Source: Eledone cirrhosa (taxonomy: Eukaryota). Taken from it: a stretch of DNA of 64,000 bases. Shown one piece after another: positions 1 through 13,395 of the stretch; the first letter of the stretch is position 1, and the number at the start of each line of letters is the position of its first letter. The notes under the pieces are model-generated. The model was not told the origin of the DNA and ran no database searches. It saw only the letters and a program-made list of their open reading frames with translations. A program made the translations under genes and the position numbers. The stretch spans positions 119,040,001 to 119,104,000 of the forward strand of contig OZ024745.1 in the NCBI GenBank assembly GCA_964016885.1. The letters run 5' to 3'.

Positions 1-571
1 CCAATTCTGATTTCACCTCCTTTGATATGGAGCGATTATAATAGAGAGCAATATTGCATATGTGTTCGAACAAAGGCTGATTACAAAAAGTATTACAATA
101 ATACGGTTTCTTAAACTAGATGGCACTGAATATCCACGAGTGCAATTTCTTAGAAACCCCATTTTTCATGCTTTTACATAAGGTTTCCATCACTTATTGT
201 AATCTAGGTTATTCACAGTAACTCATTCATGTTCGAGGTAATGCATCAATGGGAGATATACTGATTGGAAGTAGGTAGCGATGTTTCAATTTATTCCCTT
301 GACAAACTCGTGTATTTACATCGAGTACCTTATGAATCTGTTACCAACATTTGATGAGGGCATTGAAAGTAGATTTGAGTAAAGAATGGTGAAATTTCTT
401 CTTCGGAAATTTATTATTTTTATTGATTGTATTCTGAAGTCAATAAAACAATTCTAACCAATTACTGCGTCTTATATAAACGATCATTTTCTCCCCCATA
501 TATGTGGTCTTGAGTCAAACTTGAAATTATAATCATCTTCTTCTTATTATTATTATTATTGTTGTTTATTA

Positions 572-764
572 GGGCGGTGGATTGACAGTATCGGTAGAGG
601 GTCGGACGCCATGCTTTCCAGCATAGTTACGTCCCTTTACGATCTGAGTTCAAATCCCGCCGAGGTTGACTTTGCCTTTCATCCTTACGGGGTCGATAAA
701 ATAAAGTAGCAGTAATGCACTAAGTAATTGCTGGCCTTGTGCCTAAAGTAGAAACAATTATTAT
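572..764 (+). mobile_element. tRNA-derived SINE with Nin/Deu-like central domain (family A; ~25 copies in window)
   Basis: A-box-like TGACAGTATCGG, B-box GAGTTCAAATCC, body GCCTTTCATCCTTACGGGGTCGATAAAATAAAGTA, 3' GGCCTTGTGCCTAAAGTAGAAACAATT then (ATT)n; recurs throughout the window. Confidence 0.85.
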
Positions 765-844
765 TGTTCTTTGAGTCTCAGTCATTGATGTTATTTAACT
801 GGAAAGTTTGTTGAAATGAATATCAAGCCACTACCTGCAGCCTC

Positions 845-1365
845 AGATATTCAGGACGTATCGGAGAGGGTTCTTGCTGTTCCCAGCAAGCATGCCTTTT
901 GAAGTGTTCCAAAAAGCGGGGCTGGACTAATCTTCTTTAACTATCCTTGGAAACTCTTTGAGATAGTACCTAGTGCGCCTATGACAATCGGGACGACCTT
1001 GATTTCATGGCAGTTCCAAATCCTTTTTAACTCCCACTTTAAGTCCTGGTATCGGTTAATTTTCTCCCTCTCCTTCTCTTGCACTCTCGTGTCGAATGGG
1101 CAGGCCACATCCACAATCAGGCACGATATTTTTTCCTTGTCCAAAACCACCAGGTCAGGTCTATTGTTGTCCAGTTTCTTGTCCGTCTGTATCCTAAAAT
1201 CTCACAGCACCTTCACCTGATCGTTTTATATCACCGACTCTGGCTTATGCTCATACCACTTCTCAGAATGTGGTAAATTATTTACTTTGCATAGGTGCCA
1301 GTGGATTACCCTGCCCATCACATCATGTCTCCAGCCTTTATAGTGAGTCTGGGCTAGGTATGGGA
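845..1365 (-). pseudogene. RLE domain fragment of R2-group LINE
   Basis: Frameshifted translation has RHD, RPDLVVLDK...CLIVDVACPFD...EKINRYQDLK, VVPIVIGALG (PD-(D/E)xK RLE motifs). Confidence 0.85.
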
Positions 1366-1410
1366 TGACTTTGTTTACCTTAGCTGTTGTTTCTTTTAAC
1401 TTTTTCCTGT

Positions 1411-2034
1411 CTACAATCTTAGGTTCATAGGTTTCCCACTATCATTGTTCATTTCATCTACCACTAAGTTTAGGATATCAACCAACTCTTGTCCTAGCCC
1501 GTCAACATTCATCTCCTCAATGGCCGTATCTCTGTTCCAGGTATTATTTATTTCAGCATTCAGATCATTGATTGCTTCGGATGGTTCCTCCGTTCCCTCA
1601 ACCTCTTCACCTTCATTTCCCACTGGCTCGTTTGCCTGGCATACTCCACTCTCCATTTCCAACCTAATCTCTCTGCTCAGTTCCTCCAGTTCCAGCTCGC
1701 TTATCCACCCAATAGTTCTTATTACCCGAGCCTGCCCGGCCAATTTTTGTTCATCTAATTTAAATAGACCAATCTCGTTCCAGATGCTATGCATCCGTTT
1801 CCTATAGCCTTTCTCCTTGGGGTTACTCTTCAGGTAACATTGCATAACAGTTCTATTCAATTCTTTCGTCCAGTTGGTTCTGGTCCCTTTCCTTCTTCTT
1901 CCTCCGACACTAGCAGTATTTGGTTGACAGCCAGGTCCCTGCTGCTGAGCCAGGGAGCACCTGCTGTGTGAGAGTCTGTCACATGACATTCCAGTCTCCA
2001 CTTCACCGTTATCCGAACTGTTTAGGTTCGACAT
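1411..2034 (-). pseudogene. N-terminal region of R4/Dong-like LINE ORF
   Basis: 207-aa ORF with WTKELNRTVMQCY...GYRKRMHSIW...EQKLAGQARVI, resembling R4/Dong N-termini; collinear with the RLE fragment. Confidence 0.65.
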
Positions 2035-2072
2035 TTAAACACTCTTATCGAGGATTGGTGAATGTATGGTTA

Positions 2073-2162
2073 CATAACCACCGGTGATTTCATAACCACC
2101 GGTGATTTCATAATCACCGGTGATTTCATAACCACTGGTGATTTCATCATCTCCGGTGATTT
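2073..2162. repeat. 18-bp tandem repeat CATAACCACCGGTGATTT x5
   Basis: Visible directly; each unit has a CACCGGTG-type palindromic core. Confidence 0.9.
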
Positions 2163-2476
2163 TAGTGTGGCACTATCACGCTGTAGACGAACATAAATAA
2201 ACAAACAAACAAATAGGTACCCCCCCCCCCCCAAAAAAAAAAAAAATAAGCATAAGTTTCATTGTAATGTAATGTTTGAATGTCTGACTTAGTTTTTTTT
2301 TTCTTGTCTGTCTGTCTGTTTGGTTTTTCTTTTCTTTTTTCTTTTCTTTACGTTTTTCGTTGCTGCTGTGCTGTTTTGATTATGATTATTGGTTTTTTGA
2401 TTTTTTGACCGGGTTATTATTATTATTATTATTAATGCACTGGGTAATTGCTGGCCTTGTGCCTAAAGTAGAAACA

Positions 2477-2514
<38 letters not shown>

Positions 2515-3749
2515 AGCTGCATTTATCTTGCTTTATGTTCATACGAGTTATCACCAAGTCACAACCAGTGACCTCAAGAGACAACAAGGTCCGCCATGTT
2601 CAAGAAAGAACATACATACTCACACATGCATCTTTAGTGTTTAGACTTGTGATGTACTTATATTGACAGAATCTTCCTTAGTATATGGGCAGTTCCCATT
2701 AGTACTATCTTTTGTATTTATCCTATACGCGGGTTTCCTGGGATTTGCGATAAGTAATCATTAGACCCCTTAGGTATCATTCCTAGAGCGCCTACAACCA
2801 CTGGTATTGTTTTAGTTCTCAATTTCCACATTTTTCCAATTTCTATCTCCAGGTCCTTATACTTGCTCAATTTTTCAAATGTTTTTATAGATACATTCTT
2901 GTCTATTGGAACGGACATATCAATTAGCAGGCATACCCTCTTTTGAAAGTCCTTCAATATTATATCAGGTCTATTTGCATCTATTTTTCGGTCTGTTTGG
3001 ATGCTAAAGTTCCACAAGATTGAGATGTGATCTTTTTCAAGTATGGGAGGTGGTTGATGCTCCCACCAATTCTTTTGATGGGGCAGGTCAAAATGCTTAC
3101 ACATTATCCAATGTATGTATTGTGTAGCTCTGTCATGCCTGTTTAGGTATTCGGTTGGAGCTATAGGACTGCACATTGAAATTATATGGTCAATGGTCTC
3201 TGGTTGTTTTTTTACATACACGGCATAATGGGCTGCATCCATTTGGCTTGGTAATTTTTTGTTGGCAGACACTGATCTTGTGCTGATATAATCAGTCCTT
3301 CAGTCTCCGATTTCAGTCCAGAGGATGCCAACCACTGATGTGTTAAAGTTTTGTCAACATCAGGATTGTTAGCTCGTTCTGGGTATTTTCTATACAGAGG
3401 TTTTTCTTGCCATTTCTTAGCCAGTTTCTGTAGCAGTTCTTTCTTTGCAGTTACTTTTACCTGCTTTGCTTTTTCTGTGTTTTCCATTTCAGCAGTAAAT
3501 GGGTCTTCTGAAATGTGTAGTCCATTACTGTATCTTTGTGCATCTTTTGTAATGGAGTATGATCTTTTGATGCTTTCGTGTTTCAAAACGAGTTTGATCA
3601 TCCAATCATGTGATTCCCTTAGATATGTAGATAATCCAATTGTTGCAGTTTTCAACGCAATGTCTAACTGGATTAACCCACGTCCTCCTTCTTTCCTAGG
3701 GAGATATATTCTATCTGTATCTGCCTTAGGGTGATGCATTCTGTGCATG

Positions 3750-3750
<1 letters not shown>
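2515..3750 (-). mobile_element. 5'-truncated R4/Dong-like RLE LINE (RT thumb, zinc-knuckle remnant, RLE, 3' UTR)
   Basis: RIYLPRKEGGRGL, ETEGLIISAQDQ, ETIDHIISMC, RHD, RPDIILKD...LIDMSVPID..EKLSKYKDL, IPVVVGALG; (ATT)n on both sides. Confidence 0.9.
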
Positions 3751-3786
<36 letters not shown>

Positions 3787-4004
3787 GATTATTGAGTCTC
3801 TGGAGACGGTGCAGAATAAGTTTATTGTTTACTTACGTGTTTCTAAAACATGTTTGTCAGAACATTATATACTGTTTCGTAACTAACCCAACCAACTTCT
3901 TATGTGGCTGGTTGTTTTCTCTCTATCTGCAACCCTTGAAGGCTAAATATGTGTTTCCTTTTCTTACAAAGATGCCCTCATTAAAAAATCATATATAGGC
4001 TTTG

Positions 4005-4275
4005 TTATTTTGGTCTTTTAGCTTTCATGGTCCTGTCTGTATGTAGAGGAAAATTCCAAAGAAACGTTACATTTTCTCCCCCAGTTACAGCCTTAGGGTG
4101 AGTTTTGATTTTATAATGCCGACATATTAACCAGTGTAGATATTGAATAACTGTCTTGCCTTGGTTTATATACTTTACTGGTGCAAAATCTTGAGATCCA
4201 GAAATTGAGTGATCCCCTGTTTCAATCTTAGAACTGCAGAATTGGCACCTTCGTTCAAACGGCGTTGGATTGAAA
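4005..4275 (-). pseudogene. Degraded RLE-LINE fragment
   Basis: CQFC..IETGDHSISG, YLHWLICRHY, LWNFPLHTDRTMKAKRP; paralogous to 2718-3272. Confidence 0.75.
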
Positions 4276-4289
4276 CCATTATTTTTAAG

Positions 4290-4795
4290 TGCGGTGGATT
4301 GGCTTTGCAACATAGAGTTACGCCCCTTTATGATATGAGTTCAAATCCCACCGAGATTAAATTTGCCTTACATCCTTACGGGGGTCGATAGAATAAAGTA
4401 CCAGTAATGCACTGGAATAATTGATGGCCTTGTGCCAAAAGTAGAAACAATTATTTTTAAATGCGGTGGATTAGCAGTATCGGTAGAGCGTCAGACAACA
4501 TGCTTTGCAGCATAGAGTTACGTCTCTTGACGTTCTGAGTTCAAATTCCACCGAGGTTAGCTTTGTCTTTCATACTTCTGAGATCGATAAAATAAAATAC
4601 CATCAAGGCACCAGGGTTGATTTAATCGATTTAGACTCCCCCAAAATTGTTGGCCTTTTACTTAAATCAGAAACCATTATTCTCAGTTCAAATACCAACG
4701 TGGTCAGCTTTGCAGATTGTTACGCCCCCTTACGTTCTGAGTTCTAATCCCACCGAGGTCAGCTTTGCCTTTCAACTTTACGGAGTCGATAAAAA
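4290..4795 (+). mobile_element. Three tandem family-A SINE copies/fragments
   Basis: B-box and Nin-like body repeated at ~4290-4455, 4462-4680 and 4715-4795. Confidence 0.8.
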
Positions 4796-5529
4796 CAACG
4801 ACAGTCAGTTTGCCTGGTTCCTTGCATAATTTTCTTCTCATCATAAAAGGATTAAACTAACCCCGTACCTCGTTGTGTCATCTGATCTTTGTGTACTTGT
4901 TCTGTGCGTCTGCATATTGTGTATATAAACTTTTGGGGGGGGGGGGGGTCATGACAGGATGGGAGGTTGTTATTAATCTATAATTTGAGACCATTCATTT
5001 TCGACGCCATGTTAACTAGAGGGTTTCACAATATCCCTGATCCCCAATTGATCGTCTTGCTTTAGGAATAAGGGAGCAACGGTAGTATATGTGGTGAATG
5101 TCCTAAGAAGGGAAAGAAACATTAGTAATAATTATCAACCATTAAGTGATGTTATCAAAACTAGACCGAGACCATATATTATTTAGAACACGAAGCTTCA
5201 TAAAGATCAAGGACCATGTGCTGTTTCATCATCGAATTTTCCAGCAACAACAAATAAAAGCGTTGCAAAAATTAAAATTTTTTTTGTCAATTAAGGGTGA
5301 AGATCGCAGTAAAATTTGCCTTCCTGTGAGTCGGAAGGAAACGGAAAAACGACAACGAAACCTAAGGAATAGCAACGGAACATTTTCTAGTAGTTCTGGA
5401 TAGATTCATAGGTTTAGAAAGTGTTATATTGGCAGTAATTGATTATTATGATGTTAACATATTTAGTCAACATTTGGTCAATCATAATATAATAAAGGGA
5501 GGAGTGCGGGAATGTAAGGAATAATAATA

Positions 5530-5722
5530 ATAATTGTTTCTTCTTTTGGCACAAGGCCAGCAATTACCCAGTGCATTACTGGTACTTTATTTTTTCGACC
5601 CCGTAGGGATGAAAGGCAAAGTTAACCTCGGCTGGATTTGAACTCAGAATGACAAGGGCCGTAACGCTATGCGTCAAAGCATGGCGTCTGACTATCTACT
5701 GATACTGCCAATCCACCTCGCT
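5530..5722 (-). mobile_element. Family-A SINE
   Basis: Reverse complement of family consensus. Confidence 0.85.
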
Positions 5723-7439
5723 TTGAATAAATAATAAATGATTACATAATTTATGTACTAAATTTCGTAACGCTTGATTAAATATAAATAGTTTCATTGC
5801 CTATTACAAGATTCACTTCCGGATATGATATAATGGACGTTATATCACATCGCTTATATAAACGTTCATATACTTGCATCGTTATTTAAGGTTTATATTT
5901 CCGTCGCTAATTTTCTCCTTTTTCGTTTTCATAACATTTTGCCGTAATGCAGTTTATATATAATATTATTTTTTTAAAATGTATCATGGATTACTTTACT
6001 GATTACAGAAGAGAGTGTAACGCAATCTCTCTTCCATATCTGTGCATATTCTCAATTACGATTTTATTTGATGTATCATATTTACACGCATGTATATTTA
6101 CGTATACTATCAATATACACACTACACATGATAATAGAAAACCACCCAAAGGGTGGTTTTTCTGCTAGTAATACTAACTCTCGGCCGCTCTGTGATAATA
6201 TTATTATGTTAACATTGATGCATGCGTATTGAATGCATACAGCTAAGAGCGAGAATTTGCTTCGGAGCCAGTAGTGCAGCCAATTTCTAACAAAAGAATT
6301 CTCGCCAAAGCATGCCAGGTTAAAATGGCAGCAGTTGTGGATCATCACATCTATACAGGCAATCTCCTGTATACAGAAAACCCTACTTTAATTGTTGTGA
6401 ATCTGTCAGTTTTTCTAAAGTTTTACAAGTCAAAATCATGTCTGTACATAATGTTAATATCAAAGATATGAGATGAAATCTGTTTGGCAACGCGGAAGTA
6501 GTTTTATGTATAAATTGTGCAACAAATAATAATTTACATCGGATTAATTGTAATTCAAACGGACACTTAGTTCTAAGGCAATGGGTACAACCCACTCTAT
6601 CATTCCACAGTCGCTGTTAACTAAGTTATTAATCATCAAAAATATTGATAGATATTCAACATTCCATAATGGTTCTAAAATAAAGTTAGTTGGCACTACG
6701 ACAACTTTAAAAACATAACACTTTAGTTGTATTGTTGTTAATAGTTCGTTTCACTTTGTATTAGACTTTGGGCAGACATTTTGAAAGACACATAATGTCT
6801 TTCTCATTATCTATCACCATTAAAAGATTATAACGTTAAAATATTATTATCGTACAGTTAAAATTATAATTTGTTCGGCGTTCCTTTTCCTTTTTCAACT
6901 TAAAACGTGAATACTGACGAACTGGTTTGGAGAAGGACTGTACTAAATAGAAACAATGGTCTCAGTCAATTGATGGGAGTTAAAACCTAGCAGCTTCATT
7001 TTCAAACATCGTTTGGAGTCCATAGAAATTCATGGCAGAATTATCTATCAGGCCAACGAACTACTTTTTGTTGGAATCCAGAATAAAATGAGGAATCGGG
7101 AATTGCTGCCAGCGTTAGATTAAAAGGAGCCAATATAACGATTAATCTAAATATATGCATTAATCACGCATCTTCCATTAATTGCCTAGAAATGAATATT
7201 TCAAAGGATGAGATCAAAACGTCACATTGTTTAATAGACAAGATCCAAACGACCGGTGATCCTAAATCAAAAGAAGAATGGAAAATATTTAGGGTTAATG
7301 AACTATGATCACTTATTTACACCAACATTTAAAAACATAGTTTAAACCCTTTTTTCCACAATACCCTGATTTGATAATTTTCTTTAACGAGTTTAAACAA
7401 CGCTCAGTGAAGGTGCTTCTAAATTTGCAATAGTCTAAA

Positions 7440-7886
7440 TAATTGTTTCTAATTTTGGCACAAGGCCAGCAATTACCCCAGTACATTACTGCTACTTTAT
7501 TTTATCGATTTAAGTTAACCTCGGTGTCGGCGGGATTTGAACTCAAACCGTAAAAGGCTGTAACTCTATGCTGCAAAGCACGTTGTTCGACGCTCTACCG
7601 ATACTGCCAACCCACTATCTTCTCACTATAACATTAGCTTTCAGCTGCAAACTTCTCGACACTTAGTTACTAAACGAGCTGGCTTAATAATGGTTTCTAC
7701 TTTAGGCACAAGGCCAGCAATTTGAAGGGGAGGGAAAGTTGATTAAATCTACCCTAGTGCATTACTGGTGCTTTTTTAATCGAGCCCGCAAGGATGAAAG
7801 GCAAAGCTAACCTCGGCGGGATTTGAACTCAGAAGGTAAAGGGCCGTATCTATATGCTGCGAAGCATGGTGTCTGATGCTCTACCG
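7440..7886 (-). mobile_element. Two family-A SINEs (7440-7615, 7688-7886)
   Basis: Reverse complement of family consensus. Confidence 0.8.
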
Positions 7887-8214
7887 GCCTTTAGCATTTC
7901 CATTACTCTATATTTACTATTGTATTTTCATGGTAAAGGTTTTACCTCTCATAATATCGAATCTATGATTTTGATGTTATTTATTTTGAAAACAACACCT
8001 TAACATCAGTATGAGTGGCCAGTTTGAACAGAAAAAGGTAAGGCAATTCTGTCCTAATATTGGTAGGGGTACTGAAGAATTTGTCGCGTCTAGTATTGAT
8101 AGTTAGCCCGAATGAGCCTTGGAAAAGTTTCGTATCAACGGCGGATATGTAGAAAATGGTAAGAATGTGTTGATAGTTGACGCATTACTTAGATTGAAGC
8201 GTTTTTATAAAAAT

Positions 8215-8690
8215 AAAATAATGAAATTATTGTGTACAGTGCTCAGGTGCACTACAACTCGTCAAAGGTGCATGTATAGTACATAGAATAATGTACAAAT
8301 GTCAGGAAAATGAACAGTGTATGAGTCATGATATACATGTGTGCATGTGTATGGAGGGGGATATCAGATATAGTGTTGGCGAATTTCAGGAAGCATGAAG
8401 ATTTTAAAGGATGCAGTGTCTCCGCAGCTAATAATTGATGCAGGTAGTTTGTTCCATGCTTCAGCAACTCTGAGCGTGAAAAAATGTTTCCTAAAGTCAT
8501 CGGAGCTGTGCTGTTTTCTGACTTTGTGGGCATGCCCACGTGTGTTAGACACATGGAAATCAAAAAGATGCTCAGGGTTGTTGTTGGCAAGATGGTTAAT
8601 AATTTTGTGGGTGTTTACCATGTCAGTTGCCAGACGTCGAGGCTTCAATGTATCCATTCCCAGGGAATCAGAAACGTAAAGAAACATCTA
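8215..8690 (-). mobile_element. CR1-like LINE 3' end
   Basis: RRLATDMVNTHKII...TRGHAHKV...RKHFFTLRVAEAWNKLP, typical CR1 ORF2 C-terminus, followed by 3' UTR. Confidence 0.85.
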
Positions 8691-9024
8691 TTTTCTATCT
8701 TTAGGTTTGACATTTCTATGACTGTCGTATTCGACAACGGACAATAGTCTATTCAACGAAAGGACTAATAAAACAGACTTGCTTTCAATAAATTTAAATG
8801 TTCCACCCACGGTGTAAATGAAGCAACAGCCCAGCAGATAAGAATGAGTGGTAAACTAAAGAATCCTCAAAGAATTCAACACCATTAAAAAACGAAGGCA
8901 GAAAGCAGATAGAAATTCGCATACAAAGAGAATGATGCAAGCATGAAAATATGTTGACTATGCCATGCGATGCTACATGGTCATGCACAAAGAGAAAACA
9001 AAGAAGAATTTGTCATCTAAATAA

Positions 9025-9247
9025 ATAATGGTTTCTTATAGAGACACAAAGCCAGCAATTTTGGGGGAGGGGAAAGTCGATTAAATTGACCCCAGTGCGT
9101 GACTGGTACTTTATTTTATCGACCCCGTAAGGATGAAAGGCAAAGTTAACCTCGGCGGGATTTGAACTCAGATCATAAAGGGCGGTAACTCTATGCTGCA
9201 AAACATGGCGTACGACTCTCTACCGATACTACCAATCCACCGCCCTT
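9025..9247 (-). mobile_element. Family-A SINE (long variant)
   Basis: Full head, body and tail on minus strand. Confidence 0.85.
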
Positions 9248-10089
9248 GACATCTAAATAAGTAATAAAACAATTTTGCATTAAAATAGTAAAACATAGAA
9301 ATGTAACGATTTCATTTATTTTGTCTTTACTTATATCCATTTCAACAAGAATATCTAGTATTTGAATATATTCAAATAATCATCGGTATGTTCACGGTTA
9401 TTGACATAGTTATTAGAGCAGCAATCTAAACTCTAATCGCTAGATATATAGGTTATTAGTCCGGTGTGGTATATATGGTAACTAAAGAATCATAAAAATA
9501 TCAAATATTGTTTTTCAGTGCAGAAGTAAATGATAAAGTAGAAAATCAAACTTTCCAGTTGTTGTCTTCCTGTTTCTTCTACAACAACTAAAACGGTACA
9601 CGATGGGGCCCACCTGCAGCCCCGTCGGTTGGAGCTAGTATTACATATGTGGTTATTTTAGCATTGTACGCTGTTAGGAATCTTACTTTCATAATTTATT
9701 GTCTATTTTCTGGGGTAAATTCAATAAAGTATATATATGTATTGTCTGTTAATGTTTTCTGATCTAGTCATGAGTAGTGTTATGTGAAGTTATGCAATGC
9801 ACTTACTCATTATTATTTGTGCATGGTGAGCTCGTAAAAAGGTGTTGGGTTCGTATGACCAATATATAATGGTTTTTACTTTAGGCTCAAGACTAGCTAT
9901 TTTGGAGTAGGGAAAGTTGATTAAATCGACCCCAGTGCATTGCTGGTACTTCAATTTATTGACCCGAAAGGATGAAAAACAAACCTAACGACGGAATTCT
10001 ACTGCCTTCCTCTTTAGAAGGTCACATGCGCTTTTGACGTGACGTTGAAACTGTCCAGTTCAGAGCATACCTATTGTCCCCACACTATA

Positions 10090-10094
10090 TTCTA

Positions 10095-10154
<60 letters not shown>

Positions 10155-10310
10155 TAATTACAACGAGCCAGATGTTTAATGTATAGAGTCCACCCTGACT
10201 TACACATTCGTACTTACAACATGCGATTTTTGTAATCGGTGAAGCTAGACGAAATCTAAACATCTGGCTCGTTGTAATTAATGTATATATATATATATAT
10301 ATGGTAGAAT
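10090..10310. repeat. Inverted repeat whose arms include (TA)n
   Basis: TTCTACC(AT)n ACATTAATTACAACGAGCCAGATGTTTA ... TAAACATCTGGCTCGTTGTAATTAATGT(AT)n GGTAGAA. Confidence 0.9.
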
Positions 10311-10909
10311 TACTACCTAGGTTAAGGTTTTTATGGACGATGTTAGTAGGTTGTTAACGCACATGGTTGAACAATATTGTGACAATAAATGTTTGGCATG
10401 TTTCTTTTGTTGTTGCATTGGTTTGAAGGGGCGGAGATTTGTAAAAGGTTCAGGGGTATTTAGGGTCTACACGTGAGTAGCTAATGGCTAAGTATCTGGT
10501 ACGAAGGGAAGGAGGTAGAAGGGGCTTTTATAGGTAGTGATTAACTTTGTTGAATTCTACGGTGGGACATACGTGACTAATGCCATAGGTGTAATGGCTG
10601 GCAGAGTCACCTTCCAGTATGGCGTGGCACGATAGATTGTTGATAGAAGGCTGGCTGGGGGAAGAGGGCATTGATGTTATGGACATTGATTGACAGGGTT
10701 AGTGATCCTGACTTCTGCAACTTCTATGTGGGTATGTTGCGATGGTTGACAGGGTTAATGGCCCTTAATTTCGCCACTTCTATGTGGGTATGTTGCGATT
10801 TTCACAACCATGTAATAGAGAGCAGTGGATTTACGCACACGTCGTTTGGGTAGGCGAATATTCAGTATTTATTTTATGTGTTTGTTTGCTAGTTAGGTAA
10901 CATGTAGGA

Positions 10910-11238
10910 CCCCATAACTCCTGATAGAGTCGTAGAGGCGCCGTATTGACAGACGGCGTTTCTTGGATATTTTTAAGTAGGGCGGAGCCCATCCCTCTCT
11001 AGGCCTGAGTACAGCAGATTTCTTCCAGAGAAAGATAGAAAGTGAGAGAGAGAGAGAGAGGAAATGAGCAAGAGATATAGAGGAAGAATGGCCTAGATTG
11101 ATACTTTTTTATCGACCTTGAAAGGATGAAAGGCAAAGTTAACCTCGGCAGGATGTGAAATCCGAGAGCAGAGAGCTGGAACAAATACCATAAATCATTC
11201 CATCCTATGTTCTAACGACTCTGCCAATTCGCCACCTA
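10910..11238 (-). mobile_element. SINE subfamily B: Nin-like body, (CT)n, structured 3' extension
   Basis: Same architecture at 27180-27490 and 56154-56490. Confidence 0.75.
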
Positions 11239-12559
11239 CAGGTAATATACGGAATCATATAGAGTTTACTATTACATATTCATTTCAAGTTATCTTATTT
11301 TTCCAATTTCAGCTTCTGCTCAATTACGTAGTCAGTTTTGTGTTGGTCTGTAGCCGTGTTTACCTTTAGTTGTAAGCTGGATAATTTGGTTTATTAAGTA
11401 AAGATTTACTCATTTATGTCGTGTTTAATTGCTTCTATCTGTTATTAATTTTCCTTTTCTGTTCAAGCTCATTTGTTTCAAAATGTTTAATGTTAGTTTA
11501 TAGTTGTATTTACTCGGTTATTTATTAGCTTGGAGTGTGGCGTCACTTCTTTCCTCCTTGAGTTTGTCGGCTCGTTAAGTGAGTAGAGGTTTCAAATAAA
11601 TTGTTGGATAATTGCATGGTCTCGGTTGGGTTGGGTCTGTTCGGATCCTGGTAGTTGAGCGTAAGGTAAAGGTCAGTTTATATCTGTAAACCGAAACATG
11701 TTTGTAAGGGGTTTGGGTCTGAGGTTGTTGCTAAGGGTTGCACTGGCTATGCCCGACTTCCATGTCAATTTTATAATGAGGTATAGTTTACATTTACTTG
11801 ATTTCGTGGTTGGCTTTGGTTTAATTGGGATGTATTTACGTTCATGTTAAGGCAATTAACGGCCATAGTTAGACACACACGCACATATATATATATATGG
11901 ATGTATCTATGTGTATGTGTGTATGTGTGTTTGTGTTTGTGTGTGTGTGTGTATACTCATGTTCACGAACTGGATCTCCTTCGATTTCGACTATGAGTGT
12001 CCAAGCTGCTCGATCACCGAAATAGCCTCCTCGTGAAATTAGTGTGGAAGCGTATCAGCATTCCATAGACAAGTAATACTGGAGATGATTCCATGTGAGA
12101 GAGTGTGAAGCTACAGTAACACAGCTTGTGACAAAGGTATTTGAATTACTTGCACCTTTCACTCGTCGTCCTTGCGAAGAATTTCCGCTTACCCAATACA
12201 CTAACATTGGGTGTGCTCGAGGTAGAGTAAATGTCACGTAGAAGGACCGAATGCTGGGCCTTATGATTGTTAGCAAACTTGTTAACCATTCTACCATACT
12301 CTGTCACATATATATTTACGCGCGCTTACATACATACAAACGTATACTCATATATAATAATACAAATATATACATATTTGTATGTATGTATGTATAATAC
12401 AAATATATACATACGTATGTATGTATGTATATCATGTCGCTCTTCAGCGCTTCTGGTAACAATTAACCCAGTACATATGTACATATTCAGGTCGTCGGCG
12501 ACTAAATTGTTAACCCCACGAAACGTGATTGGTAAGGACTGTTAATTTGGACATCGGGA

Positions 12560-12987
12560 TAAAACAAAACCCATCAAAGGGCCGAGGATCTCAGGAGAGT
12601 CAACGGCCATCTAATAAAGTTTTTGTTGTTGTAGTGAGAGACTCCAAGTCTTCATTAAGACATCTCTCCAGGAAAAGGTCACTCTGATATAAAACCTGCA
12701 ACTTCATTTGCATCCATGATGCAGATCTGTTCTTCTTTTGGGGCAAATGCATTCGAGATTCAGAGAGTGGGATTGGCATCTCACTTAAAAGAGCTTCAAG
12801 GACAGGCATCGTTTGATATGTGACATTTTTTGCGATACATGGTATTGCTGACCATAGGCAAGTCCCTAGCAGGACTAAAAAGCCACGTCAGTGATGCTCT
12901 TGCCTAAGTATCAAGCGATGGCATTCCTCGAGATCAAGTAGCAGCCATCATCATGTATGTATGTATGTATGTATGTATGTATGTATG

Positions 12988-13019
<32 letters not shown>

Positions 13020-13395
13020 GGCAGAATTCTAGGAGAAGGAAAACTCTGATATAACACCTGCAACCCTGATGGTATCCAATGATGTTGACTTGTTCTTCTT
13101 TTTGGTAAATATCATCTTGGTTAAGAGAGTGGGACTGGCTTTGTGCAGTGCCTTTGCTCACTATAAAAGCTTCATGGCACAGGCATTGCTTTATATCTGG
13201 AGATCTCTCTGCACTTGTCGTCACATGGTACCATGGGCCCAGCACTGTGTGTCAATAATTGTCACAAGTGTAGTGTTTGTACCAGAGTTTTCAAGTCGTT
13301 GGCTGGACTAAAAAGTCACACTCGTTCAGCGCATCGGTAGGGTTTCTCCTACATAGATATAAAGTAGTGGCCGTACTCGAAAACGAGTTGGCAGC
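12560..13395 (-). pseudogene. Possible degraded LINE ORF2 fragment split by (ATGT)n
   Basis: Coding-like composition and a PW...DKCREISRYK-like linker motif; no catalytic motif seen. Confidence 0.3.

Larger units (their letters stand above)
770..2200 (-). mobile_element. Internally deleted R4/Dong-like non-LTR retrotransposon with restriction-like endonuclease (RLE)
   Basis: N-terminal ORF 1411-2034 is joined almost directly to the RLE C-terminus (no RT between); 3' UTR ...AATGACTGAGACTC ends at an (AAT)n SINE tail; related copy at 35045-35395; 5' boundary approximate. Confidence 0.7.

Noticed and set aside
25-470. hAT-like transposase remnant (EQ...VR)
   Set aside because: Too degraded; a single weak motif
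2073-2162. Palindromic repeats as a CRISPR array
   Set aside because: Contiguous tandem units with no spacers
12430-12530. Minus-strand CTGAAGA and nearby CACGAAACGTG as an HHR
   Set aside because: The halves are on opposite strands with no supporting homolog in the window
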